Below are positions 49,367 to 59,279 of a stretch of 64,000 nucleotides of DNA, piece after piece; positions within the stretch are counted from its first letter, which is position 1, and the number at the start of each line of letters is the position of its first letter. Position numbers and translations under genes: made by a program. The DNA is from Deltaproteobacteria bacterium (lineage in GTDB: Bacteria; Desulfobacterota; Desulfobulbia; Desulfobulbales; JAGXFP01). The stretch spans positions 30,717 to 94,716 of the forward strand of contig JAGVGT010000021.1 in NCBI GenBank assembly GCA_020056965.1, written 5' to 3'. Below the pieces are notes generated by a model, which saw only the letters and a program-made list of their open reading frames with translations, made no database searches and was not told the origin of the DNA.

Positions 49367-50077
49367 TCAGGGCAGGGCGATCAGACTTTGTAGTTCGAGT
49401 TCGGCCAGCGATTGGTTCTTGATCAAGGCCGTGCCGATCAGTGAGCCTAAGCGTTCGGCTTCTGCTAGTTGTTCTTTGGAGTGCCCGAAGCGCTTGTAAT
49501 ATCTGCCGATTAGTAAAGATCTTTCCGGGGCTCGGCCGGCAATCTTCAGAAATACCCCGAGTGTGCGCCATGGCTCTGGGGCTGGATGCGAAAAAATGAT
49601 TTTGTTCGGAACCACCGCGCCGCAGGCAATCAGAAGCCTTTTCAGCCCCAGCCAGTGCAGGCGCCAGTAACCGCGACAGGAGATCAGCGGCAGAACGGTT
49701 TGCCCTCCGAAAAGCCGGGAACCGAAGCGGTCGATCAGGTCCAGGACCGGCCCGCTGGGATTGTACGACCAGGTGGGGCCAGCCAGAATGAGGAGATTGT
49801 AGTCGGCCCGGTTCGTTCCATCCGGATCTCGGATCGATAAGCGTTGGCGGCCGAAAGTGGTCAGCATCATTTTGATGGTGGGCAGGATGGCCCCGACCGG
49901 GAAACGGGGAGGATTCAGCGGGCGTATCTTCTCAAGCGCCACCTCAACCCCCTGTTGTCTAAGGCCAATGCTTAAATGATTTAGCAGGCCGGAAGTTTGG
50001 CCGCTGAAGGAGTAGTAAATGATCAGGACTCGTGGAGGGTTCTGGGCGTCTGTTCCTAGCCTTTCCATGAAAAGCAC
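49367..50077 (-). CDS. Flavodoxin-fold protein of unclear function
   Basis: 236 aa. The N-terminal VLIIYYSFSGQT is typical of flavodoxin-like folds. I recognised no further family motif. Confidence 0.45.
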   Translation of the reverse strand: MLFMERLGTDAQNPPRVLIIYYSFSGQTSGLLNHLSIGLRQQGVEVALEKIRPLNPPRFPVGAILPTIKMMLTTFGRQRLSIRDPDGTNRADYNLLILAGPTWSYNPSGPVLDLIDRFGSRLFGGQTVLPLISCRGYWRLHWLGLKRLLIACGAVVPNKIIFSHPAPEPWRTLGVFLKIAGRAPERSLLIGRYYKRFGHSKEQLAEAERLGSLIGTALIKNQSLAELELQSLIALP

Positions 50078-50160
50078 CTTGCTTGCACTGAGGTTTTCAG
50101 AGTAGCTGATAATATATTAACCCGGCTGATTGTCCATAGTTTTTCTGATCAGTCAGTTCG

Positions 50161-51585
50161 GTGGGGCCGCCAGAGCCAGCTTTCAACCTTAAGCAGCGGA
50201 GAAGCAATTTGGAGAAGGAATATGATGTGATCATTGTCGGCGCCGGTTTGTCTGGTCTGTGCGCGGCCTTTTTTCTGGAAAAATATTGTCCGGCGCTGCG
50301 GGTGGTCCTGATTGATCAGGCCTCTCGTCCGGGCGGGGCGATTCGCACCTTTCGGGAAAATGGCTATCAGGCGGAGTGGGGCCCCCACGGCTTTTTGAAT
50401 AATGTTCTGGAGAGTCGGCAAATCCTGGAGTCCACCGGGTTGGATCGAGAGATGCAAACTGCCCCTTTGGGAGACTTCCATCGCTTCATCTGTCATCACG
50501 GGCGTCTGGTCCCGTTGCCCCAGAGCCCTAAGATGCTGCTTTCCACGCCGCTGCTTTCCCCGGCCGGAAAACTCAGGCTCTTGGCTGATCTCTGGAAGAA
50601 ACCGCGCATCGAGGACCAGACCATCGGCGAGTGGGCTGCCTACCGCTTCGGGCGCGGGGTTTTGCCCATGGTGGATGTGGCGGTCACCGGTACCTTTGCC
50701 GGTGATCTAAACCGGCTGAGCATTGACTCGGTAATGCCGGGCGTACGCAACCTGGAAAAGGAGGCTGGTTCGGTTCTTCGCGGTTTGAAGAGAAAGAAAA
50801 ATGCCGGGGCAGGTGACGTCAGGACATTGCCGGCCATGGTGAATTTTCCTGGGGGTATGGAAAGATTGGTCGAAGTTCTGGGGCAAAATCGAGAGATGCT
50901 TCTTGGTCGATCAGTAAAGGAACTTATCCGTGGTGAAGGTGGGTTGTGGCGAGTGGTAACCGCCCAGGGTGAGCTCCGAGCCGCCTCTCTGATCATGGCA
51001 TTGCCGGTCAACCCCGCGCTGAAACTACTTTCCGTATTGGATAAGCCTCCGGTTAGCGCCATCCCTGGGGCACGGATTGCCAATGTTGTTATGGCCTTTG
51101 ACAGCAAGGCCCAAATCCCCAGGGGGTTTGGGTATCTGGCGCCGGAGTCCGAGCAGCGTTTTGCTTTGGGTGCGATGTTTTCTACACATATGTTTAGCGG
51201 AAGATGTCCGGAAGGGCAAATCATGATCGAGGTGCTGGTCGGAGGCAGGCGTCATCCGGAAAGATTGGAATTATCCGATGATGAAATAGTCGCCATGGCC
51301 TATGCTGATCTTGGTCAGCTGCTGACCTTGCCCACCGCACCAGTGTATGCAAAAGTGTTACGGCCCGAAGGGGAAATCCCGCAACTGGAGATGGATCACC
51401 CGGTGTTGTTGCGATGGCGGCGGCAAATGGAGGCGAAATGGGAGGGATTACATATCAGTGGTTTTGGCTGGGATGGAATCGGTATGAACGATATGGCGAA
51501 GACAGCAGCCCGGACCGTGGAGGCACTGGCAGCCGGCCACGGTCGTAGTGATACCAATGCGGCGGTTCGGCCGGTCTACTTTTAG
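50161..51585 (+). CDS. FAD-dependent protoporphyrinogen/coproporphyrinogen oxidase-like (HemY family) protein
   Basis: Dinucleotide-binding DVIIVGAGLSGL followed by PGGAIRTFRENGYQAEWGPHGF, which is a HemY-like pattern. A TTG at 50209 with an upstream GGAG is a plausible true start. Confidence 0.7.
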   Translation: MGPPEPAFNLKQRRSNLEKEYDVIIVGAGLSGLCAAFFLEKYCPALRVVLIDQASRPGGAIRTFRENGYQAEWGPHGFLNNVLESRQILESTGLDREMQTAPLGDFHRFICHHGRLVPLPQSPKMLLSTPLLSPAGKLRLLADLWKKPRIEDQTIGEWAAYRFGRGVLPMVDVAVTGTFAGDLNRLSIDSVMPGVRNLEKEAGSVLRGLKRKKNAGAGDVRTLPAMVNFPGGMERLVEVLGQNREMLLGRSVKELIRGEGGLWRVVTAQGELRAASLIMALPVNPALKLLSVLDKPPVSAIPGARIANVVMAFDSKAQIPRGFGYLAPESEQRFALGAMFSTHMFSGRCPEGQIMIEVLVGGRRHPERLELSDDEIVAMAYADLGQLLTLPTAPVYAKVLRPEGEIPQLEMDHPVLLRWRRQMEAKWEGLHISGFGWDGIGMNDMAKTAARTVEALAAGHGRSDTNAAVRPVYF

Positions 51586-51665
51586 TTCAGTGGGACGGGA
51601 TTGGATGACATGTCTTAACAAGATCGGCTCTAACGATAAGTGGAAAAAATGTCGTCGTCCGGTGT

Positions 51666-53003
51666 CTAGGTCAGTTCCTTGCGGATTTTATCGGTGAGCA
51701 GTTCGATCTGACCCCGGACGCTGCCACTGCTGTTTATCGCCTCGGAGATGACCCGAATGGCGTGGACCACGGTGGAGTGGTCGCGGTTGAAGGTTTTTCC
51801 GATATCGTTCAAGCCTTCGCCGGTCAGTTTTCTGGCCAGGTACATGGCCACGTGTCGTGGGAAGGTAACGGTCCTCTTGCGGGATTTGGAGAGGAGGTCG
51901 TCGACCGGGGTATCGAATTGTCTGGCGATATAGTCCCGGATATTTTCGGCAGAAAGCAGCATCCCTTCGCTACCCACGATATTGCCGACAATTTCCTTGA
52001 CCAGGTCCATGGTGGGTTGACATCCCAAAATGCCCATCCGGGCCTTCACTCCTACGATGGCGCTTTCCACCCGGCGGATGTCACCCTTTATGGTTTCCGC
52101 CAAGAAGGTTATGACCTCGTCATCCAGATTTAACCCGCTGTTTTCGGCCTTCTTTCTGATGATATGGAGTCTGGTGCGAAGATCGGGGGGGTTGATGGTG
52201 GCGATCAGGCCACCCGACAACCTGGAGCGGAACTCCGGTTCAATATTGGGGATATTCCGGGGCGCCAGTTTGCTGGTGAGGATCACCCTTTTTTCCTGCT
52301 TTAAGAGAATATCCAGAACGGCAGCCAGTTCTTCCTGGGTCTTGATACGCCCGGAGAGGGCATGAACATCCTCGATCAGCAGGACATCGCTCTGGTGGTG
52401 ATATTTTTCCTTGAACTGATCCATGGTGTTGTTGCGGATGTTGGTGACCATCTCGGCGGTGAGTTGTTGCGCAGTAAGATAGTGCAGGCGCGTTGATGGT
52501 GACTCGGAGAGAATTTTGTGGGCGACGGCATGGGTAAGGTGACTTTTGCCCAGACCAGGCCCGGCCTCGATGAAAAGGCAGTGCCCAAGGCTGTTGTCAT
52601 TGTTGGCCAGCGCTGCGCAGGCGGTGCGGGCCATGAGATTAGATTCGCCGACCATGAACTCATCAAAGGTGAAACGGGGGTGCAAGGTTTTGATGGTCGG
52701 TTTCCAGCGGTGCAGGCTGGGTAGGGACAACTGTTTGTTGATTTCAGTCGGTTGAGTTGAGTTCTGTTCCCGCTCGGAGGCCACGGTGATATTGATCTGG
52801 GTAGTTAAGGCTAGATCGGAGAGGCACTGGCTGATCAGGGGTAGGAGATTTTCCTGAACCCATGAGCAGACGAACCGATCCGGCGCAACCAGTTCAATGG
52901 TTTCGGCAGTATCTACCCGGCATAGCAGCGTTGATACCCAGAGATCCATCGTGCTGGAGGGGATCAGCGTGCGCAGGCGTTCTTTGATTGTTTCCCAGGG
53001 CAT
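51666..53003 (-). CDS. dnaA: Chromosomal replication initiator DnaA
   Basis: 445 aa with AAA+ Walker A (GPGLGKSHL), box VII, and the C-terminal DNA-binding domain (GKTFNRDHSTVVHA). Confidence 0.95.
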   Translation of the reverse strand: MPWETIKERLRTLIPSSTMDLWVSTLLCRVDTAETIELVAPDRFVCSWVQENLLPLISQCLSDLALTTQINITVASEREQNSTQPTEINKQLSLPSLHRWKPTIKTLHPRFTFDEFMVGESNLMARTACAALANNDNSLGHCLFIEAGPGLGKSHLTHAVAHKILSESPSTRLHYLTAQQLTAEMVTNIRNNTMDQFKEKYHHQSDVLLIEDVHALSGRIKTQEELAAVLDILLKQEKRVILTSKLAPRNIPNIEPEFRSRLSGGLIATINPPDLRTRLHIIRKKAENSGLNLDDEVITFLAETIKGDIRRVESAIVGVKARMGILGCQPTMDLVKEIVGNIVGSEGMLLSAENIRDYIARQFDTPVDDLLSKSRKRTVTFPRHVAMYLARKLTGEGLNDIGKTFNRDHSTVVHAIRVISEAINSSGSVRGQIELLTDKIRKELT

Positions 53004-53965
53004 AATTTATTTGGATTTATCAATTTAGTTCGGGAGGAATAGAGAATCCCGTGTGGCGATGTGGGTTAAATAATGGGAAATCGCTTCGGCCGCAAAATCG
53101 GCCTGAAGTGATTTGGGCCGGGCCGGGAAATTCCATGTTCTTTGGGGCGTCTCTTGACTGGGCTGGGGAGGGAAGGCGTATGGGTATTTAACTAGCTGTA
53201 TTCGCGATGTTCAGGCGGTTGCCCTCAAAAGGCGTCTAATTATCCGTGGTTATGGCATAATGTGCTTTTTATGATCAAGAAAGAAAATTATTAAACGCTT
53301 GTTATCTTTGAATAGCTGCTTTTTTCTAGCAAATACTCATCATTTTGCGCAACCAATTGAACTTGCAGGATAATAAAAATCCATCGTTTATTAATTGTTA
53401 TTTGCAGGGAATAATAAGGCTCTATATGATTAAGAATCCTTTCTGGATAAGGGTTTTATGGTATCGACGATCGTGGGAACCCCACCAGTATGGGCAGCTT
53501 GGTTCCGTGAGGTTTGGGTGTCCTGTAAAATAGGATATTAAGGGGTTAGCGGTGGAATAAGGTGGTTTTTTTGAATAATCCTGCAAATTATAGTTGTAGA
53601 TCTAGCGTGTTGTCTTGGAAATTCATAGGGTTCCCTCGAATTGGAAGAACCACTCTTGATTAGAGCGCTTTATCTGCTGAAGTTTCATGAGCCAGTTGCG
53701 GTCTGCATAATTGTTTGAATGATCTGGGGTCAGACTAGTAGGATTGATGCTACGAGGGATTGGTTTGCCGGAATTATGAAGGGTAGAGGGGGCGATTTTT
53801 TAAGTAATCGGTCATCCCTTGCTGTGGCGCATAAAGTAAATGGTTGACGACCTTGGGCTGTTCTCTTACCTTTTGCGTTCTGTGGGCATCCAAGCTGATT
53901 GTGCGCATAGGATGGTGCTGCTGTTCCGCCATCACTTAACCCTTATGGGGCCTGAAGGAGTAGCC

Positions 53966-54211
53966 GTGAGCCGGATGATGCTTAGAAAAATGCTGAAGAA
54001 CCAGTCCGGGACCATCACTGCCGTCAAGGTGGCGGGAGAGCTGGGGCGGCGGATTCGCGAAATGGGTCTGGTGCCCGGCACCAAGGTCACTATTCAGGGG
54101 CGAGCCCCCCTCTATGACCCGGTGGCCCTGCGGGTCATGGGAGGCACATTGACCCTTCGGAATAACGAAGCCGATCTCATCGAGGTCGAAGTCGAAGAGT
54201 CTAGCGAATAA
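53966..54211 (+). CDS. feoA: Ferrous iron transport protein A
   Basis: FeoA SH3-like core (GTITAVKVAGELGRRIREMGLVPGTKVTI…). GTG at 53966 after GAAGGAG; ATG at 53975 is an alternative. The track ORF start at 53840 is probably too far upstream. Confidence 0.8.
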   Translation: MSRMMLRKMLKNQSGTITAVKVAGELGRRIREMGLVPGTKVTIQGRAPLYDPVALRVMGGTLTLRNNEADLIEVEVEESSE

Positions 54212-54237
54212 CTGCTCGGGCGGCTGGATTTAAGAAA

Positions 54238-56436
54238 ATGATCGATGTAATAAAATTGGCTTTGGCCGGTAATCCCAATGCGGGCAAAACTACCCTTTTC
54301 AATAGCCTGACCGGGTCCCGGCAACATGTCGGTAACTACCCCGGGGTTACGGTTGAAAAAAAAGAGGGGTTTTACCGGGTTTCGCCGGATCAACAGGTAA
54401 GGGTGGTTGATCTGCCCGGCACCTATTCGCTCACTGCCTACTCGGTTGAGGAGGTGGTGGCCCGCGACTTCCTGATCCACGAACAACCAGAGGTGGTAAT
54501 TAATATCACCGATGCCGCCAACCTGGAGCGGCATCTCTATCTGACCTGTCAGTTTCTCGAGCTGGGTGTGCCGGTTGTCATCGCCCTCAACATGATTGAT
54601 GTCGCTAGAGATAGGGGCATCTCTATTGATGTCGAAAAGCTCTCCAGGCTACTTGACGTCCCTGTCGTGCCGATCTCGGCCCGTTCCGGTGAAGGGGTTG
54701 AGGCGCTGATGCAAGAGGCTATGACGGTGGCTTCGGCCGGTCGGGAATGGCAGGAGATCAGACTTTCTTACGGGGATGACCTCGATTCGGCGCTCCTGGA
54801 AATGACGAATTTGATCAGCGCTAACTCTTTTCTCACCGACATCTATCCGGCTCGCTGGCTGGCCTTGAAGTACCTGGAGAGTGACAGCCAAATCGTCGAG
54901 AAGGGGAGGGAGTTTGCTGAGCTGAGTGGTTTGCGCAGTGTTGGTGAGCAGCTGGAGAAGATGGTCGCCGTGGTAAGCAACCACCTACAGGTCACCCTGG
55001 AAACGGTACCGGAAGCCCTGATCGCCGACCATCGTTATGGCTATATTAAATCCATTATCCGTCAAGGGGTGGTTAGCCGTTCGCATGACGAGGAACGGAT
55101 TTATGCCTCCGACCGCATTGATCGAGTGGTGACCAATCGGGTAATGGGGCCATTGATCATGCTGGCGGTGCTCCTGGGTCTCTATCAGTTTACCTTCACC
55201 TACAGTGCCCTGCCGGTGGCCTGGCTGGAAATCGGCTTCGGTTGGCTTACCAGGGTCATCGAGCATTCCTTGCCTCCAGGGCACCTCAGGTCTCTCCTGA
55301 CATCGGGGATTATTGGCGGAGTCGGTGGGGTCCTTGGTTTTGTGCCGTTAATCATGTTCATGTTTTTCGGTATCGCCATTTTGGAGGATTCAGGTTACCT
55401 GGCGAGAGTGGCCTTCATGATGGATCGTATTTTCAGGATCTTTGGCCTGCACGGCAGTTCGGTAATGCCTTTCATCCTCTCAGGGGGTATCGCTGGCGGC
55501 TGCGCGGTTCCCGGGGTTATGGCGACCCGCACGTTGCGTTCGCCCAAGGAGCGGATGGCCACTTTGCTTACCGCGCCCTTCATGAACTGCGGAGCCAAGT
55601 TGCCGGTATTAGCCCTGCTGATTGGGACCTTCTTCGCTGGAAACCAGGCGGGCATGATGTTTATGCTGACCATGCTGTCGTGGGTTGTGGCCCTGTTGGT
55701 GGCCAAGCTGCTCAGGGTGACGGTTCTGCGCGGCGAGCCGACCCCTTTTGTCATGGAGTTGCCTACTTACCGCTTACCAACTTTTAAAGGGCTGGCTATC
55801 CATACGTGGGAGAAGACCTGGCAGTATGTCCGCAAAGCCGGCACCGTCATTCTCGGGGTCTCAATCCTGCTCTGGGCAACGATGACTTTCCCGGGACTGT
55901 CCACCGAGGAAGAGTATTTGTTTGACCAACAACGGCAACAGATGCAGGCCGAATATGGCGGAGTGGTTGGATCTGTTGCTCTCCAGGAAAAGCTTGCTCG
56001 ACTGGATGGGGCGCGGGCCGAGCAGGCCCTGCAGCATTCGGTGGCAGGCCGACTCGGGCGCCTGTTGGAAGGAATTACTTGGATGGCCGGCTTTGACTGG
56101 CGCACCAATATCGCTTTGGTGGGAGGGGTCGCCGCCAAAGAGATAGTCATTTCCACCTTGGGGACCGCATATTCCCTCGGCGCGGTTGGTCAGGAAGCCG
56201 ATGACTCTCTCTCAAAGACCTTGGCAATGGCCCCGAACTGGAACCGGGTCAAGGCCTTGAGCCTGATCCTTTTCATCATGTTTTATTCTCCGTGTTTTGT
56301 CACGGTTGTCTGTATCGTCCGGGAAACCGGCTCCTGGAAATGGGGCGCCTTCTCCATAGTCTTCAATACCACCTTCGCTTTTTTGCTGGCGACAGTCATC
56401 TATCAGGTGAGTCTCGCTCTGGGGCTGGCTGGTTGA
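54238..56436 (+). CDS. feoB: Ferrous iron transporter FeoB
   Basis: 732 aa with the N-terminal G-domain (GNPNAGKTTLFN, DLPGTYSL) and a polytopic membrane domain. Confidence 0.95.
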   Translation: MIDVIKLALAGNPNAGKTTLFNSLTGSRQHVGNYPGVTVEKKEGFYRVSPDQQVRVVDLPGTYSLTAYSVEEVVARDFLIHEQPEVVINITDAANLERHLYLTCQFLELGVPVVIALNMIDVARDRGISIDVEKLSRLLDVPVVPISARSGEGVEALMQEAMTVASAGREWQEIRLSYGDDLDSALLEMTNLISANSFLTDIYPARWLALKYLESDSQIVEKGREFAELSGLRSVGEQLEKMVAVVSNHLQVTLETVPEALIADHRYGYIKSIIRQGVVSRSHDEERIYASDRIDRVVTNRVMGPLIMLAVLLGLYQFTFTYSALPVAWLEIGFGWLTRVIEHSLPPGHLRSLLTSGIIGGVGGVLGFVPLIMFMFFGIAILEDSGYLARVAFMMDRIFRIFGLHGSSVMPFILSGGIAGGCAVPGVMATRTLRSPKERMATLLTAPFMNCGAKLPVLALLIGTFFAGNQAGMMFMLTMLSWVVALLVAKLLRVTVLRGEPTPFVMELPTYRLPTFKGLAIHTWEKTWQYVRKAGTVILGVSILLWATMTFPGLSTEEEYLFDQQRQQMQAEYGGVVGSVALQEKLARLDGARAEQALQHSVAGRLGRLLEGITWMAGFDWRTNIALVGGVAAKEIVISTLGTAYSLGAVGQEADDSLSKTLAMAPNWNRVKALSLILFIMFYSPCFVTVVCIVRETGSWKWGAFSIVFNTTFAFLLATVIYQVSLALGLAG

Positions 56437-56567
56437 ATGGACCGCCGGGGGCTGCCCGGGAGATTAGGGGTTTAACGTTGACACGCGGTCTAGGCCAACT
56501 ACTCCAATTCTAGGCATTCTGGACTGATATTGTTGATCGGGCTGGGGCCGGTCTTGCTGATTAATGG

Positions 56568-56596
56568 TTGCCGAAGCAGGGGAATTGAGTTATAGA
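56568..56596 (+). promoter_or_regulatory. Sigma-70-type promoter upstream of tRNA-Arg
   Basis: TTGCCG-N17-TATAGA. The -10 element ends 16 nt before the tRNA 5-prime end. Confidence 0.5.
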
Positions 56597-56612
56597 ATGC
56601 ACTTCAAATTTG

Positions 56613-56689
56613 GCACCCGTAGCTCAGCTGGATAGAGTACCTGACTACGAATCAGGTGGTCGCATGTTCGAATCATGCCGGGTGCACCA
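56613..56689 (+). tRNA. tRNA-Arg (anticodon ACG)
   Basis: GCACCCGTAGCTCAGCTGGATAGAGTACCTGACTACGAATCAGGTGGTCGCATGTTCGAATCATGCCGGGTGCACCA. The anticodon loop is CTACGAA and CCA is encoded. Confidence 0.95.
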
Positions 56690-56696
56690 GTAAATC

Positions 56697-56735
56697 AAGG
56701 ACTTAGGCCAAGTGGCTTAAGTCCTTTTTTGTTTT
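56697..56735 (+). terminator. Intrinsic terminator after tRNA-Arg
   Basis: 13-bp stem (aaggacttaggcc / ggcttaagtcctt, one G-U pair), loop AAGT, followed by TTTTTTGTTTT. Confidence 0.75.
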
Positions 56736-56905
56736 ATGCACTCTTGGGTCACTCGCATAAAACAATCCGCAATAAATCCCCATTCCCAAGACACGATCAG
56801 AGCGACGTTTAGCCTTACCGCCTGGTAATTTCGCTACGTTAGGATTCCGATTCTCTCCCGTTATTCTGGCAAATTATACGATTGCGGTATAATCGGTTGT
56901 TGCGT

Positions 56906-57778
56906 TCAGCTGGTTTTGTGCTTCCGCGGGCGACTGGGCATGGCACCGGCCTGTCTGCTCAAGCTCCGCAATAGATGTTCGGCCATGAAGACGTGGTTGC
57001 TGACCTTGATCAGAGAGTCGTACCAATCGATCAACTCTCGACTAGAGGAATCCCCGGCACTGGAGAGATTGTCGTACAATGCCTCATCCGGGTAACCCAA
57101 GGCCAGGTTGGTGATTGCGGCGGATATGCGGTCATGGAAAAGTTTTTGATGCCGGAACGGATCCTGGTTCACCGAACGGTTACGAGCAATCTCTTCTACC
57201 AAGGGCAGTATGGTGGTTAAACATTCCCGAAGAGGAAGGCCGACAGCCTTCGAGGCAGCGACTTCGTCGCTGATTTGTTGGAAAGGAGCCCGGAAATGGT
57301 CGATCCCTTTCTCGTCCTGAATTACCTTGCCGACGGGAGGCCAAGACTCGCCACTGTGAAAGCGCAGGGCAAAGGCCGTAATAAAAAATTCCCTGATTCG
57401 GTCAGAGGCCAGGTGCAGCTTGTTTGTCGTATCAGCAAAGTGGTAGCTGAAGGAATAACCGCTATCGTTCAATAATGAGTCGGTGGCGTCATGATAGAGG
57501 CAGGCAAAGCCAAGAGAATGTCTGGCGCTTCTCATCAGGATGGTGAATTCATCGCCCAATCCCACTAGCTTCTTATGCTCCGGTGGACTCTCCTGCCACC
57601 TGGCATGCCCGAGGTACTCAGGATCCTGCTCGCCGTTACTTAGCCAGCCGTATTGATTCAACTCATAGAGGCCGCTGACATTGAAAAATTGGCGCATTTC
57701 CTCATCGAGATATTCGACCAACTTTTCCCGGCTAATGAATTTTATCTGCCCCATCGGTTCCCCCAAGTGCTTCGACAT
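56906..57778 (-). CDS. Hypothetical protein, no family recognised
   Basis: 290-aa ORF. Met9 at 57754 has a better Shine-Dalgarno sequence (GGGGGA). The only suggestive feature is an R-x5-H string (RHQKLFH) in the C-terminal third. Confidence 0.5.
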   Translation of the reverse strand: MSKHLGEPMGQIKFISREKLVEYLDEEMRQFFNVSGLYELNQYGWLSNGEQDPEYLGHARWQESPPEHKKLVGLGDEFTILMRSARHSLGFACLYHDATDSLLNDSGYSFSYHFADTTNKLHLASDRIREFFITAFALRFHSGESWPPVGKVIQDEKGIDHFRAPFQQISDEVAASKAVGLPLRECLTTILPLVEEIARNRSVNQDPFRHQKLFHDRISAAITNLALGYPDEALYDNLSSAGDSSSRELIDWYDSLIKVSNHVFMAEHLLRSLSRQAGAMPSRPRKHKTS

Positions 57779-57974
57779 TTAGGCAGTTGTAATTTATTAC
57801 CACCGCCGGAAGCAAAACTTTCCCACCATCAAAAGGAAATGGAGGTTAACGAAAAGTGGGCGGTAATGATATGGGGGGACGCCGTATTCTGTATAGGGTT
57901 ACGCCCTACTTTCTGGCCACGAGGAATCTCCGGCCAATGGGTCGGAATCTGAAGTGGGGCAGGTCTTCGTGGTC

Positions 57975-59279
57975 TCAGATGATGTAATAGGCTCGAAGTT
58001 GACGGAAGGTGGTCGAAACCACCACTTTGGAGACAATGATGGCGGGAATGGCAAAGAGCATGCCGGCAAATCCGAAGAGTAGCGTCCCACCCATTACCCC
58101 CAAGATAACGATCAGGGGATGGAGGTTGACAGCGCTACCCAGGATGTAAGGTTGAAAAATAGCATTATCGGCGAGGTGGACCAGGAAAACTGACGCAGCT
58201 ATGGCAAGGATCAGATTGGTATCGTTAACAAAGGGCAAAAGCGGCGAAATCTCTTCGGCCATGACGGCATATATAATGCCCACGATCAGGCCAATGGCTG
58301 TCCCCAGGAAGGGGATGGCATTGGCGATTCCGGCGATGGCGCCGATTATAACGGACCAACGAGGGTCCACCCCGATCAGAAACAAACAGAGGGAAAAGCT
58401 CGCGCCGACCAGGAGGCACTCCATGGCGGTGCCGCGCAGGTACCGCCCCAGAGCCGTGTTGATATTGTCGATGAGCGTAAGGGTCAGTTCGAAATAGCGG
58501 TTGGGTACGCTGCGGATCAGGCCTTGCTTGAGCCGGCCGTCATCGAACAGCAGGGTCAGGAAGACCAGAGGCGTGACCAGCCAGAGTGAGGCCGTGCTGA
58601 TTATGGTCCGAAGCAGGGAGTGGTGGTGCCCTGCCTGGCTTGGGGCAAAGAAAACTTCGGTGGCGCTGGCTTCCCCTTGGCCGGGTATTTTAGGTTGTTC
58701 CCGGTCGCGGGCCTGATTGGCTTGATGGTATTGCCAGTATTTTTCCGGCACCGGTCGACCTCGCAGATTGTCGGTGGCCTCATGATAACTGGTGAACAAC
58801 TGCTGATCCTCGGCGGAGAGGGCCAGGATTGTATCAATTTTCTCCCGTATGGGCTCCAGCTCTGGCCCTGCCAGGGAATACAGCCAGTTACCGCGGTGTT
58901 TTTCGTTGTCCAGACCCATCAAACGGTTGAATTTATTATTTACTTTATAGCGGGCCCGGACTTGTAGTTCCAGCTCGGTCTGCTGGTCGGGGATGATGCT
59001 GCTGGCCAGACGGAGAGCTGAGAAGAGCAGGAGGCAGAAGAATCCGGAGAGGCAGAGAATAGCCCAAAAATGGGAAAATCCCTTATCCTTGAGATAGCCG
59101 ATCAGCGGCAGGCAGAGATAAGCCATGACGGCGCCAATGGCCAGCGGCAACATCAAGCCGCGCAAAGCCCAGAGCAGAGCTAGCCCCCCCAAGCCTGCTA
59201 TCGTGAGCGCCACTGCATAGACTATGCGACCGCGGCGTTCCCGCCGGCGGTTTTCTTCACTGCTCAGATAACTGGACAT
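57975..59279 (-). CDS. AI-2E (PerM/YhhT, UPF0118) family membrane protein with an enlarged soluble loop
   Basis: 434 aa with multiple TM helices and the family C-terminal core (IGAIAGIANAIPFLGTAIGLIVGIIY…LHPLIVILGVMGG). A hydrophilic segment of about 130 aa spans residues about 95-225. Confidence 0.75.
   Translation of the reverse strand: MSSYLSSEENRRRERRGRIVYAVALTIAGLGGLALLWALRGLMLPLAIGAVMAYLCLPLIGYLKDKGFSHFWAILCLSGFFCLLLFSALRLASSIIPDQQTELELQVRARYKVNNKFNRLMGLDNEKHRGNWLYSLAGPELEPIREKIDTILALSAEDQQLFTSYHEATDNLRGRPVPEKYWQYHQANQARDREQPKIPGQGEASATEVFFAPSQAGHHHSLLRTIISTASLWLVTPLVFLTLLFDDGRLKQGLIRSVPNRYFELTLTLIDNINTALGRYLRGTAMECLLVGASFSLCLFLIGVDPRWSVIIGAIAGIANAIPFLGTAIGLIVGIIYAVMAEEISPLLPFVNDTNLILAIAASVFLVHLADNAIFQPYILGSAVNLHPLIVILGVMGGTLLFGFAGMLFAIPAIIVSKVVVSTTFRQLRAYYII

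Noticed and set aside
53345-53533. A 62-aa ORF inside the dnaA-feoA intergenic region.
   Set aside because: AT-rich, no RBS, an implausible amino-acid sequence, and it sits in the putative origin or regulatory region.
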